A DNA stretch of 64,000 nt from Candidatus Avedoeria danica (GTDB taxonomy: Bacteria > Chloroflexota > Anaerolineae > Epilineales > Epilineaceae). The stretch lies in NCBI GenBank assembly GCA_016703025.1, contig JADJCV010000004.1, positions 1,775,412 through 1,839,411 of the forward strand, read 5' to 3'. Both the position numbers and the translations under genes were made by a program. The notes under the pieces are model-generated. The model was given only the letters and a program-made list of their open reading frames with translations, was not told the origin of the DNA and did no database searches. How positions within the stretch are numbered: the stretch's first letter is position 1; each line of letters begins with the position of its first letter. Of the stretch, positions 9,336 through 19,866 are shown in pieces.

Positions 9336-11407
9336 CCGAAACCTCCTCCGCCTCCTCCGCCGCCACCGCCACCGCCGCCGCTGAACCCGCCGCCCGACCA
9401 ACCGCCGCCGCCCGAACCGCCCGACCAACCGGAACCGCCGGACGGCGCCGGCTGGCTGCCGAAAACGACGGCGGCGCTCGAGAGCATGGAGGAGAGACTC
9501 CCCGAGAGCGCGGACAACCCGCCCCCGAGGCGATCACTGGCGCCCTGCAGGTCCGGCATGCCGCCCGACGCGCCGTCGCCGGACGGGCCGAGCGGGCCGC
9601 CGCCCATGCGCCCCGAACCGGCGCCGTGGTCGAACGGCCGCGGTCCGCGGCCCCAATCCACCCACGGCCGGCCGCGTGCATCCTGACCGGCCGGAACGTA
9701 CCACGGCGGCGCCGCGGCGTCCACGCGGGCGAACGCCGCGATCCATTGGCGGTCGATACCGAACGCCACCGCGTAGGGCAGGTAGCGATCGAACAGGTCG
9801 CCGGCCGTCTCGAGATGGCCGCGCTGCTGCTCGATGTTGACCAGCCAGTCGCGGAAGGCCCGCCAGCGCGCCGCGGCCTCGGCCCCGGCCGGCGTCTTGC
9901 GCGGCATCGCCGACGCGGTGAGCAGCGCGGCGATGCTGACGATGAGCAGCACCCCCGGCAGGCACATCGCCAGCGGGATCGTCTCGACGAGCAGGATCGT
10001 GGCGACGAACAGGACGATGCTCAAGACGACGCCGCCGATGCCGAGCCCAATGTACTGCCCGCGCGTCTTGTCGGGACGCGCCGTGAACAGGCCGGCGTCC
10101 ACGACGCTCTCGTACAGCTGGCTGTAGAGCGCCGGGAGCTCGCTGTAGAAGGCGTTCTTGAGGTCGGACAGCTTGCGCCGGTCGCTGCGGCCGAAGACCG
10201 CCTCGACGAGCGCCGCTTCGAACTTCGAGAGCGTCGATGGCGCGCCTGCGCTGCCCGCGTCCGGCGCCCGCTCGAACAGGATGTCCTGACGGACGCCGAT
10301 GCCGAGGAACCCGCCCTCGCTGACCTCGACCATCCGCAGCTCGCCGCGCCGTGCCAGGTCGACGAGCGTCGCAAGGACGTCGCGCAGGTGGGCTTCCTCG
10401 TCCAGCAGCGTGCCGACGACGCCGGGCGCGAGGTCGCTCGGCGGCTCGGCCAGGTAGTCGACGCCGAGATCGAACTCCGGGTCGCGGCCGCGCTGGTACC
10501 ACACCCAGTAGACGCCGAACAGGCCGCTGGCCAGCGCGACGACGCTGAGCAGCGCCACGATGAGGTTGAACAGGGCCAGCCAGCCGTCGGCCTGACCGGT
10601 CGACGTCGCGCCGCCGCGGGCCGCGTCGATCTCGGCCTGCTCGTCCACCCGTTCGGCATCGAGGTCGGCCTGGAAGGCGGTCTCGGTGGCCTGAACGTAG
10701 CCGTGCGGCCACTGGCCGCGCACTTCGACGGAGGCGCCGTTCTCGACGTCCTCGACCCGGATCCGCAGCACGCGGTCCGAGACGCGATCGGCCGGGACCG
10801 GCCGCCACGCCGCGTTCGGCCGCGGTTGGACGTAGCCGCTGCCGTCCGTCCAGCCCGGCACGGCGTCCGGCAGCGTGACCGTGATGACGGCGTTTTCCAC
10901 GAGCGGCCGATCGGGCCGGATGACCGTCCACCACAGCTGGTCGCCGCCCTCGTACGCCCGCAGCGCGCCCGTCACGGTGTACTGGACGATGAACCGGGCG
11001 GAGCGCGGCGCCCGGATCTCGGGGAACCACCACTGGACGCGGATCAGGTCGCCGCGTGGCGTCACGCTGAACGTGTTCGGATCGCCGTCGCCTTCGGCGT
11101 ACGGCTGGTCGGGCGCGTCGACCCGGGCCCCGTGGATGCCGGCCGCGCCTTCGCGGGACAGGTCGACGTAGCCGGTCGTGAAAGCGCCCGCGTCGAACGA
11201 CACCGTGATGTCCTCCACCACGTCGAACGTGCCGTCCGGCTGGACGGCGACGTCGACGGCGTAGGTCTGGTAGTGGGCCTGCTTGCTCTGCGCGGACGCG
11301 CGACCGCCACCCGTCCACGCGAGGGCGACGACGGCCACGGTGATCGCGCCAAGGATCCGTCGTCCGATCGTCTGACTTCTCACTTGCCCTCCTCCACGTT
11401 CGGCCAT
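9332..11407 (-). CDS. DUF2207 domain-containing membrane protein (YciQ-like)
   Basis: Signal peptide, extracytoplasmic domain, TM segments and a Gly-rich C-terminal tail, as in the DUF2207 architecture. The GTG at 11383, with GGAGG 5 nt upstream, is the likelier start. Confidence 0.75.
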   Translation of the reverse strand: MAERGGGQVRSQTIGRRILGAITVAVVALAWTGGGRASAQSKQAHYQTYAVDVAVQPDGTFDVVEDITVSFDAGAFTTGYVDLSREGAAGIHGARVDAPDQPYAEGDGDPNTFSVTPRGDLIRVQWWFPEIRAPRSARFIVQYTVTGALRAYEGGDQLWWTVIRPDRPLVENAVITVTLPDAVPGWTDGSGYVQPRPNAAWRPVPADRVSDRVLRIRVEDVENGASVEVRGQWPHGYVQATETAFQADLDAERVDEQAEIDAARGGATSTGQADGWLALFNLIVALLSVVALASGLFGVYWVWYQRGRDPEFDLGVDYLAEPPSDLAPGVVGTLLDEEAHLRDVLATLVDLARRGELRMVEVSEGGFLGIGVRQDILFERAPDAGSAGAPSTLSKFEAALVEAVFGRSDRRKLSDLKNAFYSELPALYSQLYESVVDAGLFTARPDKTRGQYIGLGIGGVVLSIVLFVATILLVETIPLAMCLPGVLLIVSIAALLTASAMPRKTPAGAEAAARWRAFRDWLVNIEQQRGHLETAGDLFDRYLPYAVAFGIDRQWIAAFARVDAAAPPWYVPAGQDARGRPWVDWGRGPRPFDHGAGSGRMGGGPLGPSGDGASGGMPDLQGASDRLGGGLSALSGSLSSMLSSAAVVFGSQPAPSGGSGWSGGSGGGGWSGGGFSGGGGGGGGGGGGGFG

Positions 11408-11410
11408 CCT

Positions 11411-12002
11411 CTACGCCCCCGCCGCCGCACGGTTGCGCCGCGCGACGACGACGAGGATGTCCGCCGGCCGCCGCCGGGTCCGATCGCCGGGGTTCAGCGA
11501 GAACGCGGTCCGCCTCGACCAGCGCCACGCGGACGTCCGGCAGGTGGTGGAGCACGCCCTGGCAGACGACGGCGTCGACCGCGCCGTCGGCCAGCGGTAG
11601 GTGCTCGGCATCGGCGATCAGCGGCCAGACGCCGGCGATTCCGGCCGCGTTCGCCTTGGCGACGGCCTGCTTGAGCATGCCGCGCGACATGTCCAGCGCG
11701 ACGACGGCCGGTCCGGCAGCGGCGACGGGCAGCGTCGTGCGCCCCGTCCCGCAACCGATGTCCAGGACGACGCGCGCGCCGTCCGCCGCCAGGCGCTCCG
11801 CCCACGGCCGTGCCGTCCAGAGCTGCTGGTACGGGGCGAACTCACGGCCGATCAGACGGTCGTAGCGGGCAGCCTCGCGGTCGTGATGGATCGCGTCGCG
11901 GCGCTTCCAGGCGGTTGGGTCGGACGGGACCGGCACGGCGCCGGTGTGCGCGACGGTCGTGCGCTCGGCCGCGCGGCGTCGAGGGGAGGGGGGTTCGATC
12001 AT
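11411..12002 (-). CDS. Class I SAM-dependent methyltransferase (3' end or frame uncertain)
   Basis: Motif I VLDIGCGTG and an acidic motif II are present. The ATG at 12002 forms an ATGA overlap with the rsmD stop. The reading frame loses methyltransferase character after ..VALVEADRVL and then runs into the DUF2207 gene. Confidence 0.45.
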
Positions 12003-12550
12003 CGCCGCGTCCAGAACTGCAACAGCACGCTCCCGTACTTCCGCTCGTCGAAGCGCTCGAAGTGCTTCACGTCCGGCACCACCGCCTCGCGGGGGTGGAT
12101 CTGCACGACGACCTGCCCGCCGTCGGCGGCGACGATCTCGGGCCGGGCATCCAGCGCCAGCAGGGCGCGCAGCCACATGCCCTTGTACTGGGGCGGCGCC
12201 ACGAAGACGATATCGTACGGCACGTCGGGCGTCGTGGCGAGGACGTCGAACGCGTCGCGGCGCATCACCCGCGCGCGGTCGGCAAGGCCGGTGGCGGTCA
12301 GGTTTGCGCGCACCGTCTTGACGGCGGCCAGCTCGCGGTCGATGAAGTCGCACCATGCCGCGCCGCGGCTGAGGGCCTCGATCCCGACGCCGCCCGTCCC
12401 GGCGAAGAGGTCGAGGACGCGCGCGCCGGGCAGGTCGGGGCCGAGCATGCTGAACAGGGCCTCTTTGGCGCGGTCCGTGATCGGGCGGGTCGCGTCGCCT
12501 GGGACCATGGCCAGGCGGCGGCCCTTGGCGGAGCCGGCGATGACGCGCAC
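11999..12550 (-). CDS. rsmD: 16S rRNA (guanine966-N2)-methyltransferase RsmD
   Basis: 183-aa product with LDLFAGTG and the DIVFVAPPQY (DPPY-like) motif. Confidence 0.8.
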   Translation of the reverse strand: MRVIAGSAKGRRLAMVPGDATRPITDRAKEALFSMLGPDLPGARVLDLFAGTGGVGIEALSRGAAWCDFIDRELAAVKTVRANLTATGLADRARVMRRDAFDVLATTPDVPYDIVFVAPPQYKGMWLRALLALDARPEIVAADGGQVVVQIHPREAVVPDVKHFERFDERKYGSVLLQFWTRR

Positions 12551-12553
12551 GGG

Positions 12554-13576
12554 TCAGCCTTCCGATCCGGCAGCGCGGTGGGCACGATCATCGCCATCGC
12601 CGTTGCCATTTCCATTGCCATTGCCGTCGCCGCCGTCGGCGTCGTCGGCGTCGACCCGCTGCGCCACGGCCGTGACCCACGAGCCGCCGAGAGCCCGGTC
12701 GAGCAACCGGAACAGCGGCTGGGCGACGAGGCGGACCGGGCGGACGTGGAGCACGAAGCGCAGGCTTCGCGCGATCGGCGACGGCAGGCGCTCCTTGGCG
12801 GCCAGCGAGATCGCGAGCGCGGTCAGGAGATAGCTTTCGCTGAGGTACGTCCAGTGCGAGAGCCGGAACCCGGCGTCGGCCAGCGTTCGCTCCAGCGTCG
12901 ACCGGCTGAACACCACCAGGTGCCGCGGCGTGTCCCAGCCCGGCCAGCGCGTGCGCCAGAGCCTGGCCTCCCAGCCGTCGAGAACGGGCGTCGTGACGAC
13001 GAGCCACCCGCCCGGCTTGACGGACGCGGCCACGTGCCGCAGATCGTCGGCCGGATGGTCCAGGTGCTCGACGACGTCCCACAGCGTCGCGACGTCGAAC
13101 GCGGCCGCCGGCAGGTCGGCCCGGTCGACGGTGGTCGACCAGACCGGGATCCCGCGCGCCCGCGCCGCCTCGGCCGCCCACGGCGCCGGCTCGACGCCCG
13201 CGATCACGAGCCCGGCGGTGCGCGCCGCATGAAGAAACGCCCCCGTAGCGCACCCGACGTCCAGCACGCGCCCGCCCGCCCCGGCGAGGCCGCGGACGAG
13301 CGCGACGCGGCGGCGCAGGTCGCGGGCGCGAAACCAGCGGAGCAGCCAGGCGGGACCCTTGCCGCGCCGGACGTAGTCGGGCGGGTAGTAGTCCGCCATC
13401 GCCGCGGGCGCCGGCCGCTCGCGCAGGTAGGTGAGGCCGCAGGACGCGCATCTGGCGTAGCGGAACGTGCCGGGGCCGTCGAACCAGCGGTCGCGGGCGA
13501 CGTGGAGGGGGGTGTGGGCGTCCGTGCGGCAGGCGGGGCACGGGACGGTGATGGGTGTCGGGGCGGGGTGGGTCAT
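12554..13576 (-). CDS. Zinc-ribbon plus class I SAM-dependent methyltransferase domain protein
   Basis: N-terminal CPAC...CASCG ribbon, VLDVGCATG motif I, and VKPGGWLVVT. The C-terminus is a (GN)n low-complexity tail. Confidence 0.7.
   Translation of the reverse strand: MTHPAPTPITVPCPACRTDAHTPLHVARDRWFDGPGTFRYARCASCGLTYLRERPAPAAMADYYPPDYVRRGKGPAWLLRWFRARDLRRRVALVRGLAGAGGRVLDVGCATGAFLHAARTAGLVIAGVEPAPWAAEAARARGIPVWSTTVDRADLPAAAFDVATLWDVVEHLDHPADDLRHVAASVKPGGWLVVTTPVLDGWEARLWRTRWPGWDTPRHLVVFSRSTLERTLADAGFRLSHWTYLSESYLLTALAISLAAKERLPSPIARSLRFVLHVRPVRLVAQPLFRLLDRALGGSWVTAVAQRVDADDADGGDGNGNGNGNGDGDDRAHRAAGSEG
12590..12640. repeat. Hexanucleotide microsatellite (GCCATT-like), about 7 units, encoding the (GN)n tail
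   Basis: Read directly: catcgccattgccattgccatttccattgccattgcc. Confidence 0.6.
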
Positions 13577-13636
13577 GGGGGGTGGATGATACACGGGGGG
13601 TGGGCGCACGGATGCGTGTGCCGCTATGGCCCCGTT

Positions 13637-13719
13637 CTCAGATCACCATTCGTAGACCGCCAGACCACAGTGACCTGCGCCCCGATTGCCGGCGATCTCG
13701 CCTCAGATCACCTGTGATC
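13637..13719. promoter_or_regulatory. Direct repeat CTCAGATCACC (x2) with a GATCACctGTGATC palindrome, 60-140 bp upstream of the minus-strand methyltransferase-rsmD operon
   Basis: Read in the sequence. Candidate operator sites. Confidence 0.3.
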
Positions 13720-15389
13720 CGCAGCCGGACCAACGTTGTCTGAGCGGCCAACCATCTGCCTCCCATGAACGCAGCGCCCACCCGATCCGCATCCCAATCC
13801 CGGCGCGGACGCGCCAGCAGGACTGGGCCCGCGCTTGCACGCGGGGCCCGGCGATTTCCGGTGATCGGAGGTTAGCCCCTCAGTTTGGCGGCCCTTCGGC
13901 CGCCGGGGCAATGCCTTGAGGTCGGCCTTGATGCCGTTGTAGGTGGCAGCGTCGACCGAACCGACTTCCGAGATGTCGTTCACGATGACGACGATCGGCT
14001 GGTCGCTGGTGACGACCGCGGAGCCAAACGAGTTCACCGGCATCGCGTTCGGCGAGTTGCTCGGGAAGAACGTCCAGGCGTTCAACGGCTGGACCACGAC
14101 CTTGCACGCCGCGCCGCAGGAGCTCAGGCCAACGCCCTTGTCATCCGCGAACACGACTTCGATGTTCGCCGGCCCGGTGCCGATGTTCATCACCTGGATG
14201 CCCGTCGTGAACTTCGCCGTCGTGTGACCGCGGCGCGCCAGCGGCAAGGCCACCTTCGTCGCGCCCTGCGCCGCCGGAACCGCGTTGTACGCAGCCGACG
14301 TCTCGGTCAGGTTCTTCGAGTCGTTCACGATCGCCAGGATGTTGCCATCCGACTCGAGCACGGCCGAACCCACGCAGCCCTTCGGCAGCGTCGCCGCCGT
14401 CGGCTGGTAGAACACGTGGCTCGAACCCGCCGGAATGGCCGCCGGGCCCTCCGTGTACGAGTTGCCGGCGCACTCCGCCGAGCCACCGTAGTACTTCGCC
14501 GTCACGTTCACCGGCGCGTTCGTCGGGTTCACGACCGAGATACCGGTCGAGAAGCCCTTCGCCCCGCCCGCGTTCGTCCCCGCCAGCTGCTCCTTGCGGA
14601 TCAGCGGCGCGTACAGCTTCATCGCGGCGCCTTCCGGCGGCACGCCTTCGAACGCGTACACGGCCTTCTGGCTGCTCTCGATGTCGACGAACGACTGGAC
14701 GCCCACGTCCACCGCGCTCGTCACCTTCATCGAACCCAGGAAGCCGCCCGGCGTGTTCGGCTGCACGCCGATGAACGCCGCGTCCTTCGAAAGGTCGAGC
14801 GTCACCGACGAACCCGGCTGCACCTGGTACGTCTTGTTCACCACCGCCGTCGTGTTGCCCTGCGCGAACAGCTCAACGGTCACCGTGGCCACCTGGCCCG
14901 TGTCCGTGTTCTGGATCGACACGAGCGACGTCTGGCCGTAGTACTTGATGACCGACAACGGCACGAACACTTCCTTTGCCCGGCTGAACGTTCGAGTAGA
15001 TCGCCGCAGCGCCCGACGTCGTCCAGTCCGTGCGCGCGATCGCCGCGATCTGGCGGTCGGCGCTGATGATCGCCGCGTACGCGCCGTTCGTCAGCTCCGT
15101 CACCGTCGGCAGGTACATGTTCACCGCGCCGCCCGCCGGTACGTTCGGCCGCGACACCTGGATCGCCGTCACCGCCGACGTGCTCTGCTTGTAGAAGTCC
15201 GCCAACACCGTCGCCGACTGCGTCGCGTCCAGGTTCTGCACCTGGATACCCGTCGCGCCTGCTCCCTGGATCCCGGCCAGGCGGCTGGCGCCACACCGCC
15301 GGCTGCCCACCCTGGAACATCCCGGCCGCGGCCATCGCCACGCCCGCCACCACTCCAACACCGGCCGTCATTACGACGAGCTTCTTCAT
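13708..15389 (-). pseudogene. Secreted repeat-domain (CARDB-like, ~100-aa repeats) protein interrupted by two +1 frame changes
   Basis: AAGGAG sits 10 nt before the ATG at 15389, followed by the signal peptide MKKLVVMTAGVGVVAGVAMAAAG. The repeats then continue in a second frame (..TGIQVQNLDATQ..) and a third (..VSIQNTDTGQ.., ..TGIQVMNIGTGP..). The C-terminal about 70 aa of the last frame look like a wrong-frame readthrough. Confidence 0.55.
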
Positions 15390-15632
15390 CTCGGGTCCGC
15401 TCCTTGTGGATTCCTGTGAGATCGGGTTCGGCACCTCATCGGCGCCTCTGGGGGCCTCGACACCGGATTGCGGTGGAGGCATCCCCACCGACGGGAGCTC
15501 AGTGTAGGCGGCCGATCGGCCGCCGCCCATGGTCCGTGGGGTGCACCGTGGGCCGAATCGGCTACGACTTTCGGTGTATTGCCGAGGGAAAGCCCACGAA
15601 TCGGCGCCTCAACGCCCCGGATTCGGCTGCGA

Positions 15633-16544
15633 TCACGGCGCTTCGATCGTCGCGGTGTCCGTCACGGCCAGCGTGTCCGTCAGGAGGGCGGTGTCCGTCA
15701 GGACGTCGGTCACCGCGGGCTCGTCGTACGCGTCCGGCGCCTCGGGCGTGTAGTCCGACAAGTCGTCGTCGGCGCGATCCGTCGGGCGGCTCTCGAGCAG
15801 CTTCACCTGCGAGTCGGCCATGTAGTACGCGCTGCTGCCGTGATCGGCGATCCGCTGGATCGTCTGGAAGTCCTCGTAGGCGGCGTTGAACCGGCCGAGC
15901 GAGTAGTTCAGCATCGCCCGGTTCTGCCACGCGTCGATGTTGTTGTCGATCGCGATCGCCCGATCGAAGTCCGCCATCGCCTTGACGTTGTCGCCCCGGT
16001 TCTGGTGCGCGAAGCCGCGGTTGCCGAACGCCTGCGAAAGCTGGTCGTTGATCGCGAGCGCTTCGTCCAGCTTCTCGATCGCCGTCACGTAGTCCCCGTC
16101 GTCGATGTACAGCCGGCCGATGTTCGCGATCGCCTCGGCGTAGTCGGGCTTGAGTTCGAGCGCGGCATCGAGGTCCGCCCGCGCCTCGTCGCGCCGGCGC
16201 AGGTTGATGTAGGCCACGGCCCGGTTGTTCAGGACCTCGTAGCGGTTGTAGCCCTCCGGCGACGACGCCTCGGTCAGCTCGAGGGACTTCGTGCAATCGC
16301 CGACGGCCTCGTTGTGGAGCAGGAGCGCGTCGTTGGCGATGCAGCGGTTGGCGTACGCGAACGGCAGGTCGATCCCGCGCTCGATCGCCTTGTCGAACGC
16401 CAGGAGCGCCCGTTCGTTGTCTCCTTGCGCCAGATAGTTCTGCCCCGTGATGAGCGGGCTGCGGAAGGCGGAGCAGCCGGCCGTCAGCAGGGCGATAAGG
16501 ACGGATGAGGCGCTGACGACGCGGCGGATCGAGGGCTGGGTCAA
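15633..16544 (-). CDS. TPR-repeat lipoprotein
   Basis: Lipobox LLTAGC, then multiple TPR units (AYANRCIA.., AYINL.., AIANIG.., AFGNRG..). Confidence 0.75.
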   Translation of the reverse strand: MTQPSIRRVVSASSVLIALLTAGCSAFRSPLITGQNYLAQGDNERALLAFDKAIERGIDLPFAYANRCIANDALLLHNEAVGDCTKSLELTEASSPEGYNRYEVLNNRAVAYINLRRRDEARADLDAALELKPDYAEAIANIGRLYIDDGDYVTAIEKLDEALAINDQLSQAFGNRGFAHQNRGDNVKAMADFDRAIAIDNNIDAWQNRAMLNYSLGRFNAAYEDFQTIQRIADHGSSAYYMADSQVKLLESRPTDRADDDLSDYTPEAPDAYDEPAVTDVLTDTALLTDTLAVTDTATIEAP

Positions 16545-16731
16545 TTCAGGACTCCCGGGGATGGCGCACGCGGACGGAATGCTTCATCGAGCGTGCCGGA
16601 GGAGCGTACTGGAGGAGCGTGCCAGAGGCGTGCGGACGGCGCAATACGCCGAACGTCGTAGCGCGGTCGATCCGCGTCGATCCGGCGATGGGTCCCGGCA
16701 CGTCGAGGGGTCCGATGGTGGTAGTGACCCC

Positions 16732-17652
16732 CTAACCCCCTTCGTCGTCCGGGCGGGCGATCCGAACCCACGCCGTCGCCAACACGAGCCAGCTGACCTC
16801 GACGGCGATCATCCACAACCGCCATGCCACGACGAGCCCGAGCGCCACGGCGCTCGATCCGTACAGTGGCTCGAGGAGGAGGACCATCCCGAGATCCTTC
16901 ACCAGCCCGGTCAGCGGAAGCGGCCCCATCAGGTTGCCGAGCGCCACCGCCAGCGAGCCGATGCCGATCGCGTCCGGCAGGGAAGCCGTCGGGCTCACGG
17001 CGCGCATGAACGCGTACAGCGCCACGCCGGAGAGCATGAGCACGCCGACGCCGCGCGCCAGCCAGAACCGCACGTGGCCGCCGTCGAACGCCGGCAGGGT
17101 CGAGATGGCCGTCCGGCGCCCGGTCAGGCGGCCGCCGAAGGCGACGAGGCGCCGGAACACCACGGGCTGCACCGCCGCAAGGGCGAACGCCGCCACGACG
17201 ACGAGCACCCAGACGCCGACCGGCGGAGCGGACGCCGCCCACGGCAGCGTCGCGCCGTACAGGACGAGGCCGGCGACGCCGAGCACCACCCACTCGATCG
17301 TCGTCGCCGCACCGACGGCCAGCGCATCCGCGCGGCCGTACGCGGCCAGGCGGCCGAGCGGCGTCCAGATCCCGCCGGGCACGACATGCGCCAGCGCCGC
17401 AAGGGCGTAGCGCTGCGCGTGCTGCGCCGGACGCGCCCGCACGCCGAACGCCGCGACGATCCGCCGCCAAGTGTCGACCATCAGGATCGCGCCGGCCGTC
17501 TGGACCGTCCACGTGACGGCGAGCCACCGGGCGTCGAGCCGGAACGCACTCGCCAGCGTGCCCCGCACGCGCCGGAGCTCACCGTACAACCGCACGCCGA
17601 CGACGCCGACGACAACCGCCGCCAAGACGACGCCGGCCGCGAGCCGGAACAT
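16732..17652 (-). CDS. UPF0104 / lysylphosphatidylglycerol-synthase-TM-like (flippase-like) membrane protein
   Basis: 307-aa polytopic protein beginning MFRLAAGVVLAAVVV.., typical of the UPF0104 family. The same frame continues upstream without a stop, so the start is inferred. Confidence 0.65.
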   Translation of the reverse strand: MFRLAAGVVLAAVVVGVVGVRLYGELRRVRGTLASAFRLDARWLAVTWTVQTAGAILMVDTWRRIVAAFGVRARPAQHAQRYALAALAHVVPGGIWTPLGRLAAYGRADALAVGAATTIEWVVLGVAGLVLYGATLPWAASAPPVGVWVLVVVAAFALAAVQPVVFRRLVAFGGRLTGRRTAISTLPAFDGGHVRFWLARGVGVLMLSGVALYAFMRAVSPTASLPDAIGIGSLAVALGNLMGPLPLTGLVKDLGMVLLLEPLYGSSAVALGLVVAWRLWMIAVEVSWLVLATAWVRIARPDDEGG

Positions 17653-17768
17653 CCGCCAACGGCGATCCCGGAGGCGCCGAACGGGGAACGCCGCGCCGGC
17701 CCCGGATTGCCCGTACGCGGCGCCCGCGTCGGTGCCGCCGGTCTCGACGCCGGCCGCCCCGGCGCGCT

Positions 17769-18745
17769 TCAGTCCAGCACCACGCGCAGCCCGTTGGGCG
17801 GCGCCGGGTACATGTGGCGGTGTTCGTACAGCCACTGCGGGTGGGCGACGACGGCCTCGCCGTGTGCGTGCGCGGCACACGCGATGAACTCGCGCTTGGC
17901 GGCGAGCCACGGCACCGGCAGCGCGCTGACGCCGTTCAGCACGGCGTTGCCCGTCCCCCTTGACGAGCGAGCGCACATTGCGGCCGCGGTACGTCGGCCA
18001 GACGTTGGCCGTCGCGAGCTCGGCCACGCGGTAGTGGCTGGCCTCGAGCAGCCGCCGCACCTCGACGGGCGCGTACTCGCGCTGGTGGCGGCCGTAGATC
18101 CCGTAGCCGGAGTACGGAAACTCCGTCGGGCGGTTGAAGAACAGGTTCACGAGGCGCTTGATGTTGATGAAGTTCGGCACGGTGATGAACATCAGCCCGC
18201 CCGGCGCCAGGACCCGGTGGCTCTCGGCCAGCGTGTGGCTCGGGTTGTAGCCGAGGTGCTCGAGCGTCTCCATGAACAAGACCGCGTCGAAGTGGTCGTC
18301 CGGGTACGGGAAGGCATCGCGCTCGATGTTGAAGATCCGGACGTCGATCGTCAGGCGGGACGGCGGCCCGCCGAGGGCCGGCACGTCGAGGACGACGCGG
18401 CCGGACGGCTGCCGCGGCGCCTCGCCCGGCCACGACCCGGCCCTCGACGCTGACGGCGTCGATCTCGGCGCCGAACGCGCTGTGGACGAGCGTCGTGAAG
18501 AAGTACGGCGCCGCGCCGAGCTCGAGGATCCGCAGCGGCCGGCCGACGACGGGCGGCAGATGGCGATCGATCATCCGCAGGCTGAGCGCGGCCGACTTGC
18601 CGTGCAGCCAGGCGTACTTCTCGAGGTCGGCGCGCGCCCGGACCAACAGGTCGCGGTCGAGCGTGTCCTCGACGATCCGGACCTGGCCGAGCACCGCCGC
18701 AAGCGCGGCCGGATCCTTGGCCAGCCGCAGCACCTCAGCGTTCAT
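17769..18745 (-). pseudogene. Class I SAM-dependent methyltransferase split across three reading frames
   Basis: N-terminus (MNAEVLRLAK...ILELGAAPYFF..) in one frame, core (FPYPDDHFDAVLFMETLEHL..APGGLMFITVPN) in a second, and C-terminus (..PVPWLAAKREFIACAAHAHGE..VVLD*) in a third. The ATG at 18745 overlaps the GT2 stop (ATGA). Confidence 0.55.
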
Positions 18746-19813
18746 CGTCGCCCATCCCTTCCATATGTGCCGCTTGGGTCGGCGACGTCCGCTGACCCGA
18801 TGGCGGTCGGCCAGGCCGACGCCTGCCGCGACCCTACGTCGCGGCAGCCCGCCGCGAGCCCGCGCACGTAAGCCGCGCCGGTCGCCGGACGGCCGCCCAG
18901 GAGCGACCGCGCCAGCGTCAGCCCGAGGCTGACGATCCGATACGCGACGACGACCGCGCGGTGCGCGCCGCGGCTGTGGGCCGCATAGTACGGCACGCTC
19001 GAGCGCGCCAGCAGGTACGCCTGCCCCGGCGAGCCGACGCCGGTGGACGCCGCGACGTGGTGGGCGATGCGCGCGCTCGGCACGTGCGCCAGGCGGAAGC
19101 CGGCCGCGCGGGCGCGCAGGCAGAGATCGTGGTCCTCGTAGTAGACCCGGAAGCGCTCGTCGAACAGGCCGATCCGCTCCCAGAGGGCGCGGCGGACGAG
19201 ATGCAGCAGCCGTTCGCCCAGTCGATGTCGTACGGATGGGGGGAAGGCGGGTCGGCCGTCGTGTCGTGCGCGTCGAGGGTCCAGGGTCGCCGGAATCCGG
19301 CCGATGGCCAGACGGCGCCCGGCGGATCGAAGTACGTGACGGTCGGCGCGACGAGGCCGATCGGACCGCGACGCGGCGCACGGCCGGGCAGCGGCGCGGC
19401 GGCGAGCTCGGCCACGGCGGCGCCGGCGTACAGCTCCGTCAGCAGGGACGGCGCGGCGACGGTGTCGTTGTTCACGAGCAGCGTCCAGGCCGCACCTTCG
19501 TCCAACGCCCGCCGGATCCCGACGTTCGCGCCGGCCGCGAAGCCGAGATTCTCGGGGAGGGCCACGAGCACGACATGCGGAAACGCCGCGCGCCCGCCTC
19601 GGCCGAGCCGTCCGTCGACCCGTTGTCGACGACGACGATGCGGTGTTCGACACCGGCCGGGACGGACATCGCTTCCAGGCTCGCAAGGCACGCCAGCGTC
19701 AGCTCGCGGCGGTTCCAGTTCAGGACGATCGACGCCACGACGACATCGGGCGGCTCGGTGCGCATGATGGGTCGTGTCACCGTCGCCAGAGAGCGGATGA
19801 AGGAGTCGTTCAT
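18742..19813 (-). pseudogene. Family 2 glycosyltransferase split across three reading frames (two -1 shifts)
   Basis: N-terminus ..ASIVLNWNRRELT..IVVVDNGSTDGS in one frame, middle ..FPHVVLVALPENLGFAAGANVG..LVNNDT..YDIDWANGCC in a second, and C-terminus LVRRALWERIGLFDERFRVYYEDHDL.. in a third. Confidence 0.55.
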
Positions 19814-19866
19814 CGAAGCCGGCCGTGCATCCGCGGTCCCTCACCCGGCGCGCAGTGGCGCGCCTG

